Shown in pieces: positions 29,938 through 41,354 of a stretch of 64,000 nt of DNA. Source of the DNA: an uncultured Alphaproteobacteria bacterium (GTDB lineage Bacteria > Pseudomonadota > Alphaproteobacteria > Rhizobiales > Beijerinckiaceae); NCBI GenBank assembly GCA_963699455.1, contig CAVOTY010000006.1, positions 1,392,944 to 1,456,943 on the forward strand, in the 5' to 3' direction. Each line of letters opens with the position of its first letter. Within the stretch, counting starts at the first letter, position 1. The notes beneath the pieces are model-generated. The model did no database searches and was not told where the DNA came from. It saw only the letters and a list, made by a program, of their open reading frames with translations. Both the position numbers and the translations under genes were made by a program.

Positions 29938-31242
29938 ATGGCCGATTTCTCGCCGCGCGAGATTGTCTCGGAACTCGACCGCTACATCGTCGGTCAATCG
30001 GCGGCCAAGCGCGCCGTCGCCATCGCCTTGCGCAACCGTTGGCGCCGCTTGCGCTTGGAAGGGCAGATGCGCGAGGAGGTTCTGCCGAAGAACATACTGA
30101 TGATCGGCCCCACCGGCTGCGGCAAGACCGAGATCGCGCGCCGACTGGCGCGGCTCGCCGACGCGCCCTTCCTGAAGGTCGAGGCGACGAAATTCACCGA
30201 GGTCGGCTATGTCGGCCGCGATGTAGAGCAGATCGTGCGCGATCTCGTCGAGGTGGCGATCAGCCTGGTCAAGGAGCGCCGCCGCAAGGGCGTCGGGGCG
30301 CGCGCCCAGCTCGCCGCCGAGGATCGCGTGCTCGACGCCATCGTCGGTCCCGCCGCCCAGCCGGCGACGCGCGAAAGCTTCCGCAAAAAATTCCGCGCCG
30401 GCGAACTCGATGACAAGGAAATCGAGATCGAAATCGCCTCCTCCAGCGCAAGCGGACCGATGTTCGAAATGCCGAACATGCCGGGAAGCGTCACCGCTTT
30501 TTCGCTTGGCGATATCTTCGGCAAGGCGATGCAGGGTCGCTCCAAGACCCGCCGGCTGCATGTGAAGGACGCCATCGCGCCGCTCGTCGCCGAGGAAAGC
30601 GACAAGCTGATCGACCAGGAGGAGAGCGTGCGCGAGGCGATCCATGATGTCGAGAACAACGGCATCGTGTTCATCGATGAAATGGACAAAATTTGCGCGC
30701 GCGAGGGGCGCGGCGGCGCCGACGTATCGCGCGAGGGCGTGCAGCGCGACCTGTTGCCATTGATCGAGGGCACGACGGTCACGACGAAACACGGCTCGGT
30801 CAAGACCGACCATGTTTTGTTCATCGCCTCGGGCGCCTTTCATGTCGCGAAACCCTCGGATCTCCTGCCGGAGCTGCAGGGGCGCTTGCCAATCCGCGTC
30901 GAACTCGCCTCGCTCAACGAAGACGATTTTCGGCGCATCCTCACCGAGACGGAAGCCTGCCTGACCAAGCAATACACGGCGCTGCTGGGCACGGAAGGAG
31001 TCGAGCTGGAGTTCGCGCCGAGCGCCGTCGACGCCATCGCCAAGGTCGCCGTGGAGGTCAACACCTCGGTCGAGAATATCGGCGCGCGACGCCTGCAGAC
31101 GGTGATGGAGCGCGTTCTCGACGATATCAGTTTCACCGCGTCCGATCGCGACGGCGAAAAAATCGTCATCGACGGCGAATTTGTCGAAAAGCACATCGGC
31201 GATCTCGCGCGCAATCGCGATTTGAGCCGGTTTATTTTGTAG
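29938..31242 (+). CDS. hslU: ATP-dependent protease ATPase subunit HslU
   Basis: [31 protein letters not shown], Walker [16 protein letters not shown], Walker [10 protein letters not shown]. Confidence 0.95.
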   Translation: MADFSPREIVSELDRYIVGQSAAKRAVAIALRNRWRRLRLEGQMREEVLPKNILMIGPTGCGKTEIARRLARLADAPFLKVEATKFTEVGYVGRDVEQIVRDLVEVAISLVKERRRKGVGARAQLAAEDRVLDAIVGPAAQPATRESFRKKFRAGELDDKEIEIEIASSSASGPMFEMPNMPGSVTAFSLGDIFGKAMQGRSKTRRLHVKDAIAPLVAEESDKLIDQEESVREAIHDVENNGIVFIDEMDKICAREGRGGADVSREGVQRDLLPLIEGTTVTTKHGSVKTDHVLFIASGAFHVAKPSDLLPELQGRLPIRVELASLNEDDFRRILTETEACLTKQYTALLGTEGVELEFAPSAVDAIAKVAVEVNTSVENIGARRLQTVMERVLDDISFTASDRDGEKIVIDGEFVEKHIGDLARNRDLSRFIL

Positions 31243-31340
31243 CGCGCTGGCGCCGCCCCACTTGCGCGGCATGACAAGGCTTGCGCGGGACAAAAAGCGT
31301 TGCCATAAGGACCGCCAGTTCTCCTCAACCGGCGCATCCC

Positions 31341-32375
31341 ATGTCCAGCTTTCCCGAGCGCGTCTTCTCCGGCGTGCAGTCCACCGGCAATTTGCATCTT
31401 GGCAACTATCTCGGCGCCATCGTCAAATTCGTGGAGCTGCAAAAGACGCACGACTGCCTTTATTGCGTCGTGGATTTGCACGCGATCACCGTGCCGCAGG
31501 ATCCGCTGAAGCTGCGCGACAATACGCGCGAAATCGCGGCGGCCTTCATCGCCTGCGGAATCGACCCCAGGAAGAACATCATCTTCAACCAGAGCCAGGT
31601 TCCCGAACACGCCGAGCTCGCCTGGGTGCTCAACTGCATCGCGCGCATCGGCTGGCTGAACCGCATGACGCAGTTCAAGGACAAGGCCGGCAAGGACCGA
31701 GAGAACGCCTCGATCGGCCTGTATGATTATCCCGTGCTGATGGCCGCGGATATTCTGATCTATCGCGCGACGCATGTGCCGGTCGGCGAGGACCAAAAGC
31801 AGCATCTGGAGCTCGCCCGCGACATCGCGCAAAAGTTCAACAATGATTTCGCCGAGTCGATCACCCGCAACGGCTTCGGCGAAGCGTTCTTCCCGCTGCC
31901 CGAACCGTTGATCTCCGGTCCGGCGACGCGCGTGATGAGCCTGCGCGACGGCGCCAAGAAAATGTCGAAGTCGGACGCATCTGAATACTCGCGCATAAAT
32001 CTTTCCGACGACGCCGAGCAAATCGCTCAGAAAATCCGCAAGGCCAAGACGGACCCGGAACCTTTGCCCTCGGACGAAAAGGGACTGGAGGGGCGCCCCG
32101 AAGCGGCCAATCTCGTCGGGATTTTCGCCGCGCTCTCGGGGCGCGGCAAGGCGGGCGTGCTCGCCGAATATGGCGGCGCCAATTTCTCGAACTTTAAGAA
32201 CGCACTGGTCGATCTCGCGGTCGAGAAACTTTCGCCGATCACCGCCGAGATGCGCAAAATCACCGCGGACCACGACTATATCGACATGGTGCTGCGCGAC
32301 GGCGCGGCGCGCGCGCGCGCGATCGCCAGCGAAAACATGTGCGCGGTGAAGGATATCATCGGCTTCTTGCGCTAG
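31341..32375 (+). CDS. trpS: tryptophan--tRNA ligase
   Basis: [20 protein letters not shown] (HIGH) and KMSKS motifs. Confidence 0.95.
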   Translation: MSSFPERVFSGVQSTGNLHLGNYLGAIVKFVELQKTHDCLYCVVDLHAITVPQDPLKLRDNTREIAAAFIACGIDPRKNIIFNQSQVPEHAELAWVLNCIARIGWLNRMTQFKDKAGKDRENASIGLYDYPVLMAADILIYRATHVPVGEDQKQHLELARDIAQKFNNDFAESITRNGFGEAFFPLPEPLISGPATRVMSLRDGAKKMSKSDASEYSRINLSDDAEQIAQKIRKAKTDPEPLPSDEKGLEGRPEAANLVGIFAALSGRGKAGVLAEYGGANFSNFKNALVDLAVEKLSPITAEMRKITADHDYIDMVLRDGAARARAIASENMCAVKDIIGFLR

Positions 32376-32599
32376 GCTAGGATTTTCGACATGCAAACCC
32401 CGCGCTTAATCCTGGGAGCGCGGTGAACCCGGGCTCGATTTGATCGAAAGATATTTATAACGCGTCGCGGTCTTCGGCTCCGTTTGCTATTGTAGTATCC
32501 GATTTTCAGGCGGCTGACCGCCCGAGATGGCGGGCTGGCTAAAGCCGGCTTGCATCGCGGAATGCGCATTATGCGGGGCCTAAACGCGGGCGTGGACAC

Positions 32600-34471
32600 A
32601 TGACAAATCCAGGCGTCGATAAAGGAAAGCCATCGGAGCCGCGACCGTGGCATTTCGACATTGGTTATTTGCTTTTCGCGCTGACCGCCATTCTTATCTT
32701 TCAGCAGCTTTGGGCCGCGCGCCAGGAAACGGATGTCGTTCCCTATAGCGAATTCACCAATTTGCTGCGGGATGACAAGATCGCCGAAGTCGAGGTCGGC
32801 AAGGAAATCGTCCGGGCCACGCTGAAAAAACCGCTGCCGGACGGCCGAAAAGAACTCATGTCGGTGCGCGTCGACCCCAATATCGCCGAGGAGCTCGAGG
32901 CGGCCAAGGTCAAATATTCAGGCGTGGTGGAAAACACGTGGATTTCCACTTTGCTCTCGTGGGTCGTGCCCACCGCTCTGTTCTTTTTCCTGTGGAGCTT
33001 GCTGACGCGGCGGATGGGGCAAGGCCTCGGTTCGATCATGTCGGTTGGGCAGAGCAAGGCCAGGGTGTTCGTCGAACAGGACACCAAGGTCGGTTTCGCG
33101 GACGTGGCCGGAGTCGACGAGGCCAAGGAAGAACTGCAAGAGATCGTCGCGTTTTTGAAGGATCCCACTACTCACGGGCGCCTTGGCGCGCGCATTCCAA
33201 AAGGCATCCTGCTCGTCGGGCCGCCCGGAACGGGTAAAACGCTGCTGGCCCGCGCCGTCGCGGGGGAGGCCGGCGTCCCGTTCTTTTCGATCAACGGCTC
33301 GGAATTCGTCGAAATGTTCGTTGGGGTCGGCGCCGCGCGCGTCCGCGACCTGTTCACCCAGGCCCGCGCCAGCGCGCCGAGTATTATCTTCATCGACGAA
33401 CTCGATGCGTTGGGGCGCGCCCGCGGCATTTCCGGCCTCAGCGGCGGACATGACGAAAAAGAGCAGACGCTCAACCAGCTTTTGAGCGAACTCGACGGCT
33501 TCGATCCCACCATCGGCGTGGTGCTGCTCGCGGCGACCAATCGCCCCGAGGTGCTTGATCCCGCGCTGTTGCGCGCCGGACGGTTCGATCGTCGGATTTC
33601 GGTCGATCGGCCGGACAAAATCGGCCGCGTCGCGATTCTCCAGGTGCACCTGAGCAAGATCAAGCTCGCGGCGGACATCGATCCCGCCGAAATCGCCGCG
33701 TTGACGCCGGGCTTCACAGGCGCCGACCTCGCCAATCTCGTTAATGAAGCGGCGATGCTGGCGACGCGCCGGCAAGCGCAATCCGTTTCAATCGACGACT
33801 TCACCGCCGCGATCGAACGCGTGATCGCGGGTCCCGAAAAACGCAATCGCCTGCTTAATCCGCGCGAGCGCCGCATCGTCGCGTTTCACGAAATGGGCCA
33901 CGCGATCGTCGCCATGGCGCTGCCGAACTGCGATCCGATCAAGAAAGTGTCGATCATTCCGCGGGGAATCGGCGCGTTGGGCTATACGATGCAGATGCCG
34001 ACCGAGGACCGCTACCTGATGTCGCGGTCTGAATTGCTCGACCGCATGACCGTCCTGCTGGGCGGAAGGGCGGCGGAGATGGTGGTTTTCAACGAAGCCA
34101 CGACGGGCGCCGCCGACGATCTCCAACGCGCGACGGAAATGGCGCGCGCCATGGTCACGCGATACGGCATGGATCCGGAAATCGGGCAGGCCTCCTATGC
34201 TTCCGAGCGACCGCGCTATCTCGATTTGGCGGGGCTTGCTCCGCAACAATCGGAAGCCAGCGATGAGACGAACGCGAAAATAGACAAGGCCATCCGCGAT
34301 CTCATCGAGGAAGCCTTCGATCGCGCGTCCAAGATATTGCGGAGCTGCGCGACGCTGCACAAGGACTCCGCCGAGCGACTGCTCGATAAGGAAACTTATG
34401 GCGAGGACGATCTCGCGCCGATCAAGGCCGCGGTGCTCGAGCGTGACAATTCCGGGGCGAAAAACGTCTGA
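32600..34471 (+). CDS. FtsH-family ATP-dependent zinc metalloprotease
   Basis: Walker [12 protein letters not shown], Walker [33 protein letters not shown], zinc site HEMGHA. Confidence 0.9.
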   Translation: MTNPGVDKGKPSEPRPWHFDIGYLLFALTAILIFQQLWAARQETDVVPYSEFTNLLRDDKIAEVEVGKEIVRATLKKPLPDGRKELMSVRVDPNIAEELEAAKVKYSGVVENTWISTLLSWVVPTALFFFLWSLLTRRMGQGLGSIMSVGQSKARVFVEQDTKVGFADVAGVDEAKEELQEIVAFLKDPTTHGRLGARIPKGILLVGPPGTGKTLLARAVAGEAGVPFFSINGSEFVEMFVGVGAARVRDLFTQARASAPSIIFIDELDALGRARGISGLSGGHDEKEQTLNQLLSELDGFDPTIGVVLLAATNRPEVLDPALLRAGRFDRRISVDRPDKIGRVAILQVHLSKIKLAADIDPAEIAALTPGFTGADLANLVNEAAMLATRRQAQSVSIDDFTAAIERVIAGPEKRNRLLNPRERRIVAFHEMGHAIVAMALPNCDPIKKVSIIPRGIGALGYTMQMPTEDRYLMSRSELLDRMTVLLGGRAAEMVVFNEATTGAADDLQRATEMARAMVTRYGMDPEIGQASYASERPRYLDLAGLAPQQSEASDETNAKIDKAIRDLIEEAFDRASKILRSCATLHKDSAERLLDKETYGEDDLAPIKAAVLERDNSGAKNV

Positions 34472-34500
34472 GCGGCGCCGCGCTCGTCGCGGCTCGCCAT

Positions 34501-34531
34501 GAGTCTTTCCGTTCGCAACGGAAAGACTCTC
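34501..34531. terminator. 13-bp perfect hairpin between convergent genes
   Basis: GAGTCTTTCCGTT-cgc-AACGGAAAGACTC. No clear U tract. Confidence 0.4.
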
Positions 34532-34586
34532 AGCGGGCCGCGAATGTAAGCTTTCTCCAGCGAAGTGTTGTCCGCCGCGCTCGGTC

Positions 34587-35198
34587 CTATTGCGCCGGCT
34601 CCTCCGCGGGCGCCGGTTCGGCGGCGGCGGGTTCCGCCTTGGGATGGTGATGAGCGACGGGCTTTTTCTTGGGCGTCGGCTTTTTGACGGGAGCCTTCGG
34701 ATGCGGCTTGGGTTTAGGCTTGACGTGGTGCGGCGCCTTGGCGGCGGCGGGTTCGGCGGGCTCGGCCCCGTCCGTCTTTGACGGCTCGGCGGCGGTAACG
34801 GGCGCCGCGGCCTCCACACTGGGAGCCGGGGCCGGAGCCGCCTGCCCATCGGCGCTTTCCGCCGGAATCGCCGCCGCCGCTGGCGCCGCGCCACTCTCCG
34901 GCATCGGAGAAGCGGCCTCCGCCGCTGGCGCCTCCGTCACGGGTTGAGCCGGCGCCGCGGACTCGAGCTCCTTGGCGGGAGACCCGGACGCGTTCGGCGC
35001 CTCGGCGCTCGCGGGCGTGTCCGCCTTCGGCTCGACCGCCGCCGGCTGGGGATGGACAAGCGCGCTGACCTTGCCAAGGCTGCTGGTGAACAACGCACGA
35101 TATTCCTCGGCTTTTTCCGGCGGCGCATAAATGCCCGCGCCAAAACCGATCACGCCCGCGATCACGGCGGTGATCAATGTCGATAAAACGCGAATCAT
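34587..35198 (-). CDS. hypothetical Pro/Ala/Lys-rich membrane-anchored protein
   Basis: N-terminal TM helix (VLSTLITAVIAGVIGFGAGIYA), then low-complexity PA-rich sequence and a basic KPKPKPHPK tail. Confidence 0.5.
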   Translation of the reverse strand: MIRVLSTLITAVIAGVIGFGAGIYAPPEKAEEYRALFTSSLGKVSALVHPQPAAVEPKADTPASAEAPNASGSPAKELESAAPAQPVTEAPAAEAASPMPESGAAPAAAAIPAESADGQAAPAPAPSVEAAAPVTAAEPSKTDGAEPAEPAAAKAPHHVKPKPKPHPKAPVKKPTPKKKPVAHHHPKAEPAAAEPAPAEEPAQ

Positions 35199-35429
35199 TT
35201 TTTACTATCCTCTTCGAATGCGTTTGCCCCAAGCGCGCGCGGGGGCCTCATCGCTCCCCTCCAGGGAGGAGAGCATCTGGTGTCGGGGGCGCGAGCATCG
35301 GTTTCGAGTAAGACACCATCATGGCGTAATCTCGGCGACAATCGCGAAACTGGACCAATTGTCGCTCCAAGAGTCGGCCGGTTGAAAGTCCAGCGTCGCG
35401 CCTCGGAGATTGTCCGACCCATCTCTTAT

Positions 35430-35506
35430 TGGCGGTCCCGAAGGGATTCGAACCCCTGACCTTCGGTTTAGGAAACCGCTGCTCTATCCTGCTGAGCTAC
35501 GGGACC
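35430..35506 (-). tRNA. tRNA-Arg (anticodon CCU)
   Basis: Manual cloverleaf fold: acceptor GGTCCCG/CGGGACC, D arm GCTC..GAGC, anticodon loop TTCCTAA, T arm with GGTTCGAATCC, encoded CCA end. Confidence 0.9.
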
Positions 35507-35596
35507 CGCTTTTTTAAGCTGTAACCGAGAGGCTTCGCCCTTGTAAAGTTTTTCGCGGCGGCTTTCGCCCCGCTACATTGGCGTCGGGAGGCGGCC

Positions 35597-37084
35597 ATGT
35601 TCGATTCGGTTCGATTGCCACACCGGCTTGATAAGGAGCAATTCGCCGCGTTGACGGAAGAACTGCGGGAAAAATTGCTCGACGCGCAATTCGAGTTCGC
35701 GGAGCGCAAGCGCAAGGCCGTCCTGTTGCTGATCAACGGCTCGGACGGCGCCGGCAAGGGCGAGGTCCTCAACCGGCTTTATGAGTGGCTCGACGATCAT
35801 TATCTCGAGACATTATCCTACGGCCCACCGACCGAGGAGGAGCGCTCGCGCCCGCTCGAATGGCGCTATTGGCGCGACATGCCGGCCAAGGGGCGCATCG
35901 GGCTCATGCTCGGCTCCTGGCATCATCGCGTCCTGCGCGACAGGGTGCTGGGAAAAGCCAGCCGCGACGCGTTCAACTCGGCCCTGGACGAAATCAACCG
36001 CGCCGAGGAGATGCTCCACCAAGAGGGCGTGATCGTCGTAAAAGTCTGGCTCCACATGGCCGAGAAGGAGGCTCATCGCCGACTGGCCGAAATACGCGAG
36101 GCCAAGGGAGTCCAGCGCCGCGCCACGGTGATCGAATGGGATGACATCCACGGCGCCAAGCAACGCGCCCGCCTCGCGAAATTCGCGCTGGAGCTGGTTG
36201 AGAAAACATCGACGGGTTACGCGCCGTGGGAGATGGTGGCGGCGGCGGACTCCCATTACCGGGACGCGGCGGTCGCCGAACTCTTGTTGCGCACGCTGGA
36301 GCGACAGAACGCCGACGGCGCCGCCGCGCCGTCCGGGCGCCAGCCGACCGGCGCGACGGCGCTGCTGCCGCGCCCCAGCCTGATCGGCGCGCTCGATTTG
36401 ACGCAGCGCGCCGACGCGGACAGTTACGGCGAAACCTTGCGCGCCCTGCAAGGGCGAATCAGCGAATTGACAACAGCCAGGGACTTCGCGCGGCGCGGGC
36501 TCGTGGCGGTGTTTGAAGGCAATGACGCCGCGGGGAAAGGCGGCGCGATCCGCCGCGTGCGCGCCGCGCTCGATCCGCGCCGCTTTCGCGTGCACGGCGT
36601 CGCCGCGCCAACGGACGAGGAACACGCGCGGCCGTACTTGTGGCGATTTTGGCGTCTGGTTCCGCAGCGTGGCGAAGTCGCGATATTCGACCGTAGCTGG
36701 TATGGGCGCGTGCTGGTCGAGAGAGTCGAGGGGTTGTGTTCGCCGGAGGCGTGGATGCGGGCCTATCAGGAAATCAACGATTTCGAGCGCCAATTGGAGC
36801 GCGCCGGCCTCGTCGTCGTCAAATTCTGGTTGGCGATCAGTCCCGACGAACAGCTCGCCCGTCTCAAGGACCGCGAGGCGCGGCCCACCAAACGCTATAA
36901 AATCACCGCCGACGATTGGCGCAATCGCGAAAAGTGGCCGCTCTACGAGGAAGCCGCCAACGAAATGATCGACCGAACCAACGCGCGACGCGCGCCCTGG
37001 ACGCTGATAGAGGCCAACGACAAAAAATTCGCGCGCATCAAGGTGCTGCGAACCATCGTTCAGCGCCTCGAAGCGGATTTGTGA
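35597..37084 (+). CDS. two-domain polyphosphate kinase 2 (polyphosphate:AMP phosphotransferase-like)
   Basis: Two PPK2 repeats, each with a Walker-A-like GSDGAGKG / GNDAAGKGG and WYGRVLVERV-type motifs. Confidence 0.9.
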   Translation: MFDSVRLPHRLDKEQFAALTEELREKLLDAQFEFAERKRKAVLLLINGSDGAGKGEVLNRLYEWLDDHYLETLSYGPPTEEERSRPLEWRYWRDMPAKGRIGLMLGSWHHRVLRDRVLGKASRDAFNSALDEINRAEEMLHQEGVIVVKVWLHMAEKEAHRRLAEIREAKGVQRRATVIEWDDIHGAKQRARLAKFALELVEKTSTGYAPWEMVAAADSHYRDAAVAELLLRTLERQNADGAAAPSGRQPTGATALLPRPSLIGALDLTQRADADSYGETLRALQGRISELTTARDFARRGLVAVFEGNDAAGKGGAIRRVRAALDPRRFRVHGVAAPTDEEHARPYLWRFWRLVPQRGEVAIFDRSWYGRVLVERVEGLCSPEAWMRAYQEINDFERQLERAGLVVVKFWLAISPDEQLARLKDREARPTKRYKITADDWRNREKWPLYEEAANEMIDRTNARRAPWTLIEANDKKFARIKVLRTIVQRLEADL

Positions 37085-37095
37085 CGCCGCCCGGC

Positions 37096-38466
37096 TCAGG
37101 CGGCGGCGGCGGTCACGCGATTGCGGCCGCTGCTCTTTGAGTCATAGAGCGCCTTGTCGGCGCGGCGCAGCAAGGCGTCGGGATTGGCGTCGGCGGCGCG
37201 TTCCGCGAGTCCGATCGACGTCGTGACGGGAATGGCTTGCCCATTGGCGTCGATCTGAAACAACTCCGATTGCACGGCGGCGCGCACGCGCTCGGCGATC
37301 TTGGCCGCGACCGATAAGGGCGTGTCCGGCATGACAATGACGAATTCCTCGCCGCCCAGACGACACACCAGATCGGCGCTACGCACCACGCGCCGCACGC
37401 GTTGCGCCAGGCCCTTGAGAACCTCGTCGCCCGCGTCATGGCCATAGGTGTCGTTGACGGCCTTGAAGTGGTCCACGTCCAGAATCATCAATGACAACGG
37501 TCGTCCCATATGCGCGGCCTGATCGAGCGCGCTGGAGAGGTGCGTCTCCAGGAATCGGCGGTTGTTCAATCCGGTGAGCGCGTCGACGACGGCGAGCTCG
37601 AAGGCGGCCTGCACATTTTCGCGCAAGGTGTCGGCGTAGCGCTTGCGGCGCAATTGCGTGCGCACGCGCGCCACCAGTTCGTTGCGGTCGATGGGCCGCA
37701 GAATATAATCGTTCACGCCAAGATCGAGTCCGCGCAATATGCGCGGGCGCTCCTCGGGATCGGCGATGAGCAGGATCGGCAGCGACCGCGTGCGCTCCAG
37801 CGAGCGCAACTGGCTGCACAGCCGCAGCGCGTCGAAATTGGCCAGCGTCAGCCCCACCACCACCAGATCGAAGGCGCCCTCCGCGGCCCGCACCAGCGCG
37901 TCCTGCGGCACGGTCTCGACCTCGACCACGTGGGCGCCGCGCAGCGCCGCGACAATGCGGTCCGCCGAGCTCGGCCGGTCCTCGACCAGCAGAATACGGC
38001 CATTATCGCCGGCGTCCGAACGAACGAGCCCGGCGGCGTCCTTTAGTCCGAGACTGGCGGAGGTGACGACGCGCGCCCGCAATTCGTCGAGCATGACCTT
38101 CAGCCGCGACAGCGAGCGCACGCGCGCGATCAACGCGATCTCGTCGACCGGCTTCGTCAGAAAATCGTCGGCGCCGACATCGAGCCCGCGCACGCGGTCG
38201 GCCGGTTGGTCGAGCGCCGTCACCATCACCACGGGAAGATGCACCGTCGCGGGGTCCGACTTGAGGCGTCGACACACCTCGAAACCATCCATGCCCGGCA
38301 TCATGACGTCGAGCAGCACGATGTCGCAGCGCCCTTCCCGACATAATTCCAGCGCCTCGAATCCGTTGGTCGCCGAGATCACATCAAAATATTCGGCGGT
38401 CAAACGTGCTTCCAACAGCCGGATGTTGGGAACCAGATCGTCGACAATCAACACGCGCGCGGTCAT
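37096..38466 (-). CDS. pleD: response-regulator diguanylate cyclase PleD (REC-REC-GGDEF)
   Basis: MTARVLIVDD, a second REC domain and the active-site motif GGEEF (RLGGEEFVI). Lies immediately downstream of divK. Confidence 0.9.
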   Translation of the reverse strand: MTARVLIVDDLVPNIRLLEARLTAEYFDVISATNGFEALELCREGRCDIVLLDVMMPGMDGFEVCRRLKSDPATVHLPVVMVTALDQPADRVRGLDVGADDFLTKPVDEIALIARVRSLSRLKVMLDELRARVVTSASLGLKDAAGLVRSDAGDNGRILLVEDRPSSADRIVAALRGAHVVEVETVPQDALVRAAEGAFDLVVVGLTLANFDALRLCSQLRSLERTRSLPILLIADPEERPRILRGLDLGVNDYILRPIDRNELVARVRTQLRRKRYADTLRENVQAAFELAVVDALTGLNNRRFLETHLSSALDQAAHMGRPLSLMILDVDHFKAVNDTYGHDAGDEVLKGLAQRVRRVVRSADLVCRLGGEEFVIVMPDTPLSVAAKIAERVRAAVQSELFQIDANGQAIPVTTSIGLAERAADANPDALLRRADKALYDSKSSGRNRVTAAAA

Positions 38467-38480
38467 GGGAAAAAATCCTC

Positions 38481-38852
38481 TTACTTGTCGACGAGAAAGG
38501 CGTTCACCGTTTCGAGAAACTTGGCGACCGAAATCGGCTTCGACAAATAGGCTTCGCAACCGCCTTGCCGAATTTTCTCCTCGTCGCCCTTCATCGCGAA
38601 GGCGGTGATGGCGATCACCGGGATCTTCTTGAGCGACTCATCGTCCTTGATCCAGCGCGTGACTTCGAGTCCGGAAACCTCGGGCAATTGTATATCCATC
38701 AATATCAAGTCGGGGTGATGCTCGCGCGCCAGCGCGATCGCCTCCACTCCGCTCTTCGTGCGCAGCGTCGCATGGCCGCTTCGCTCCAACAAATCGTTGA
38801 AGAGCTTCATGTTTAGCTCGTTATCCTCTACAATGAGGATGGTTTTGACCAT
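38481..38852 (-). CDS. divK: single-domain response regulator DivK
   Basis: [18 protein letters not shown]...[14 protein letters not shown]......K. Conserved divK-pleD gene order. Confidence 0.9.
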   Translation of the reverse strand: MVKTILIVEDNELNMKLFNDLLERSGHATLRTKSGVEAIALAREHHPDLILMDIQLPEVSGLEVTRWIKDDESLKKIPVIAITAFAMKGDEEKIRQGGCEAYLSKPISVAKFLETVNAFLVDK

Positions 38853-38966
38853 GGCGAGTCACTCTTTTCCCGACGCTGCGAAACATGCTCCGAAATTCAT
38901 GGGACAGGCCGGCTTCGACGCCTTTTCCACGTTTACGATAAGCACTAACTCAGGAAGATTGATGAA

Positions 38967-39287
38967 ATGAGAATAACCAAGGGACCGCCCTTGCGGCCCA
39001 AAGCCAAATCCACGGCGCCGGGGCGCGGCGAAGCGGAAGCGCTGGCGCTCCGCGCGCTCACCTTCATACTCGAAAATGATGAAAGAATTCAGAAGTTTTT
39101 GCAAATCACCGGGGTCGACCCCAATGATCTTTCCGGCCTCGCCGCGCAGCCGACTTTTCTGCTCGCGGTGCTCGATTATCTGGCCGGCGACGAGGAACTG
39201 CTCCTGTCCTTCGCGCAAGAAATTCAAGTTAACCCCGAGACGATAGGTCTGGCGCGCCGCGCCCTCGGCGGCGAAGACGCCGCCTAG
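38967..39287 (+). CDS. DUF3572-family protein
   Basis: AEALALRALTFILENDERIQKFLQITGVDPNDL...FL.AVLDYL..DE.LL. Divergent from divK, as is common in Rhizobiales. Confidence 0.65.
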   Translation: MRITKGPPLRPKAKSTAPGRGEAEALALRALTFILENDERIQKFLQITGVDPNDLSGLAAQPTFLLAVLDYLAGDEELLLSFAQEIQVNPETIGLARRALGGEDAA

Positions 39288-39558
39288 CCACGCGCGACAG
39301 GCGCGTCCCGCCGGGGTGTTGATGTTTACAAAATATTAGCGGCGACGCCCTATCGCTTGTCATGATCGACGCGCACGCGCGGTTTGAAGGGCGCCCTCTC
39401 CACCCCGTTGTCCAAGCGTTCGCCGGCGGCGTCGCGTTACCGCGACACAGGACGCGCGAAGCTTCGGATCGACCCTTCATCGCGCGAAGCGGCGATTGCG
39501 TATGGCGTGATCCCTGGACATCAACCCGTCGACTAGCGACGCCTTGAGGACATTCTAG

Positions 39559-40902
39559 ATGCTGACAGATCCGCCGTCCGATCCGGAGGCGTTGCGCGCG
39601 ACCATTCTCGATCTCGTCGACCGCTATCACGCCGCCGCGCATCGGCGCGCACCGTTCGATCCCGCGAAACCGAACGTTCCCGTCGCGGGACGCGTGTTCG
39701 ACGCGCGCGACATGCGGATGCTGGTCGATTCGGCGCTGGATTTCTGGCTGACGACCGGCCGTTTCAACGCGGAGTTCGAGGCCAAGCTGGCCGAGCGCGT
39801 CGGCGTGAAACACGCGCTCACCGTCAACTCCGGCTCCTCGGCGAATCTCGTGGCGTTCATGGCGCTCACCTCGCCGCGGCTCAAGGCGCGCCAATTGCGG
39901 CCTGGCGATGAAGTCATCACCTGCGCCACCGGCTTCCCCACGACGATCAATCCGATCCTCCAGGCCAACATGGTGCCGGTGTTCGTCGACGCGGAGATCC
40001 CCACATACAACATCAAGGCGTCCGCGATCGAAGCGGCGATCACGCCGCGCACGCGCGCCATCATGATCGCCCACACGCTCGGCAACCCCTTCGACGTCGT
40101 CGCCATCCGCGCCATTTGCGATCGGCATGGGCTGTTCCTGATCGAGGACTGTTGCGACGCGCTTGGCGCCACGGTCGGCGGCCAGCATGTCGGGACCTTT
40201 GGCGACATCGGCACGCTGAGCTTCTATCCCGCCCACCACATCACCATGGGCGAGGGCGGCGCGGTCTTCACCAACGACAACAATCTCGCCAAGATCATGG
40301 AGTCGTTCCGCGACTGGGGGCGCGATTGCTATTGCGGGTCGGGGCAGGACAATAGCTGCAACAAGCGCTTCGGCTGGAAACTCGGTGATCTGCCCAAGGG
40401 TTACGACCATAAATACACCTATTCCCATCTCGGCTATAATCTCAAAATCACCGACATGCAGGCGGCGGTCGGCGTCGCTCAGCTCGAACATCTCGACGAC
40501 TTCATCGCGGCGCGGCGGCGTAACTTCGACCGGCTGCGCCGCGGCCTCGCGCATCTCGAGGACGTCTTCATCCTGCCGGAGGCGACCCCCGGCGCCGAGC
40601 CGTCGTGGTTCGGCTTCGCGCTCACGTTGCGCAAGGACGCGCCGATCGATCGCCACGGTCTGCTGCTCGGCCTCCAGGCCCGCAACATCGGGACGCGCTT
40701 GCTGTTTGGCGGCAATCTGACGCGCCAGCCCTACATGAAGGGCCGCGAGTTCCGCGTTTCCGGCCCGCTCGCCGCGGCCGACGCGATTGTCGACCGCACC
40801 TTCTGGATTGGCGTTTATCCGGGATTGGCGGAACCCGAAATCGACTTCATGATCGAAACGCTCGACGATCTTTGCCGCCGCGAGAACAGGATCGCGGTAT
40901 GA
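39559..40902 (+). CDS. DegT/DnrJ/EryC1/StrS-family PLP enzyme, RfbH-like (sugar dehydratase/aminotransferase)
   Basis: 447 aa with motifs ...NSGSSANL..., ...[13 protein letters not shown]... and RDWGRDC.C......C..RF, typical of the RfbH/DdhC lineage. Confidence 0.8.
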   Translation: MLTDPPSDPEALRATILDLVDRYHAAAHRRAPFDPAKPNVPVAGRVFDARDMRMLVDSALDFWLTTGRFNAEFEAKLAERVGVKHALTVNSGSSANLVAFMALTSPRLKARQLRPGDEVITCATGFPTTINPILQANMVPVFVDAEIPTYNIKASAIEAAITPRTRAIMIAHTLGNPFDVVAIRAICDRHGLFLIEDCCDALGATVGGQHVGTFGDIGTLSFYPAHHITMGEGGAVFTNDNNLAKIMESFRDWGRDCYCGSGQDNSCNKRFGWKLGDLPKGYDHKYTYSHLGYNLKITDMQAAVGVAQLEHLDDFIAARRRNFDRLRRGLAHLEDVFILPEATPGAEPSWFGFALTLRKDAPIDRHGLLLGLQARNIGTRLLFGGNLTRQPYMKGREFRVSGPLAAADAIVDRTFWIGVYPGLAEPEIDFMIETLDDLCRRENRIAV

Positions 40903-41354
40903 CGTCGCCCGCGCATCCGGCGCGCGCCAAATCGCTGTCCTGGCGCGCGCACGCCTTGGGAATCCCGCGCCTGCTTCCGCGCATCGTCCGCGAACATCGT
41001 TTTTCGCGCTTCATCCTGGTCGGCGGAGTCAACACGGCCGTCGGTTATTGCCTGTTTCTCGCCGCTCTGGCGACCATGCCGACAACGTTCACCGCGCTGG
41101 TCGCGGCCTATATTCTGGCGATCCTGTTCAATTTCATGTCGACGGGAACACTGGTGTTCGGCGTGCGCGACGCGCGGCGGCTGCCGCGCTTCCTCGCGGT
41201 CTATGGCCTTGTGTTCGCCTACAACGCGGTGGGTCTCGATCTGCTCGAAACCATCGGAATCAGGCCTTGGCTTGGCGGCCTCATGCTGCAGCCCGGCGCC
41301 ATTGTCATGTCCTATCTGCTCAATCGACGCTTCGTCTTCGGAGGCCCCGCATGA
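40899..41354 (+). CDS. GtrA-family membrane protein
   Basis: ATGA overlap with the upstream gene. Motifs RF.LVGG.NT..GY.LF and ...LNRRFVF, with four TM helices. Confidence 0.8.
   Translation: MTSPAHPARAKSLSWRAHALGIPRLLPRIVREHRFSRFILVGGVNTAVGYCLFLAALATMPTTFTALVAAYILAILFNFMSTGTLVFGVRDARRLPRFLAVYGLVFAYNAVGLDLLETIGIRPWLGGLMLQPGAIVMSYLLNRRFVFGGPA

Noticed and set aside
29881-32396. Long minus-strand ORFs (29881..31293, 470 aa; 30840..32396, 518 aa) opposite hslU and trpS.
   Set aside because: They are Arg/Ala/Gly-rich antisense reading frames typical of high-GC DNA. The plus-strand products carry unmistakable HslU and TrpS motifs.
33788-34894. 368-aa minus ORF overlapping the ftsH 3' end and the PA-rich gene.
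   Set aside because: It is an Arg/Pro-rich shadow frame. It overlaps a confidently called FtsH-family gene on the other strand.
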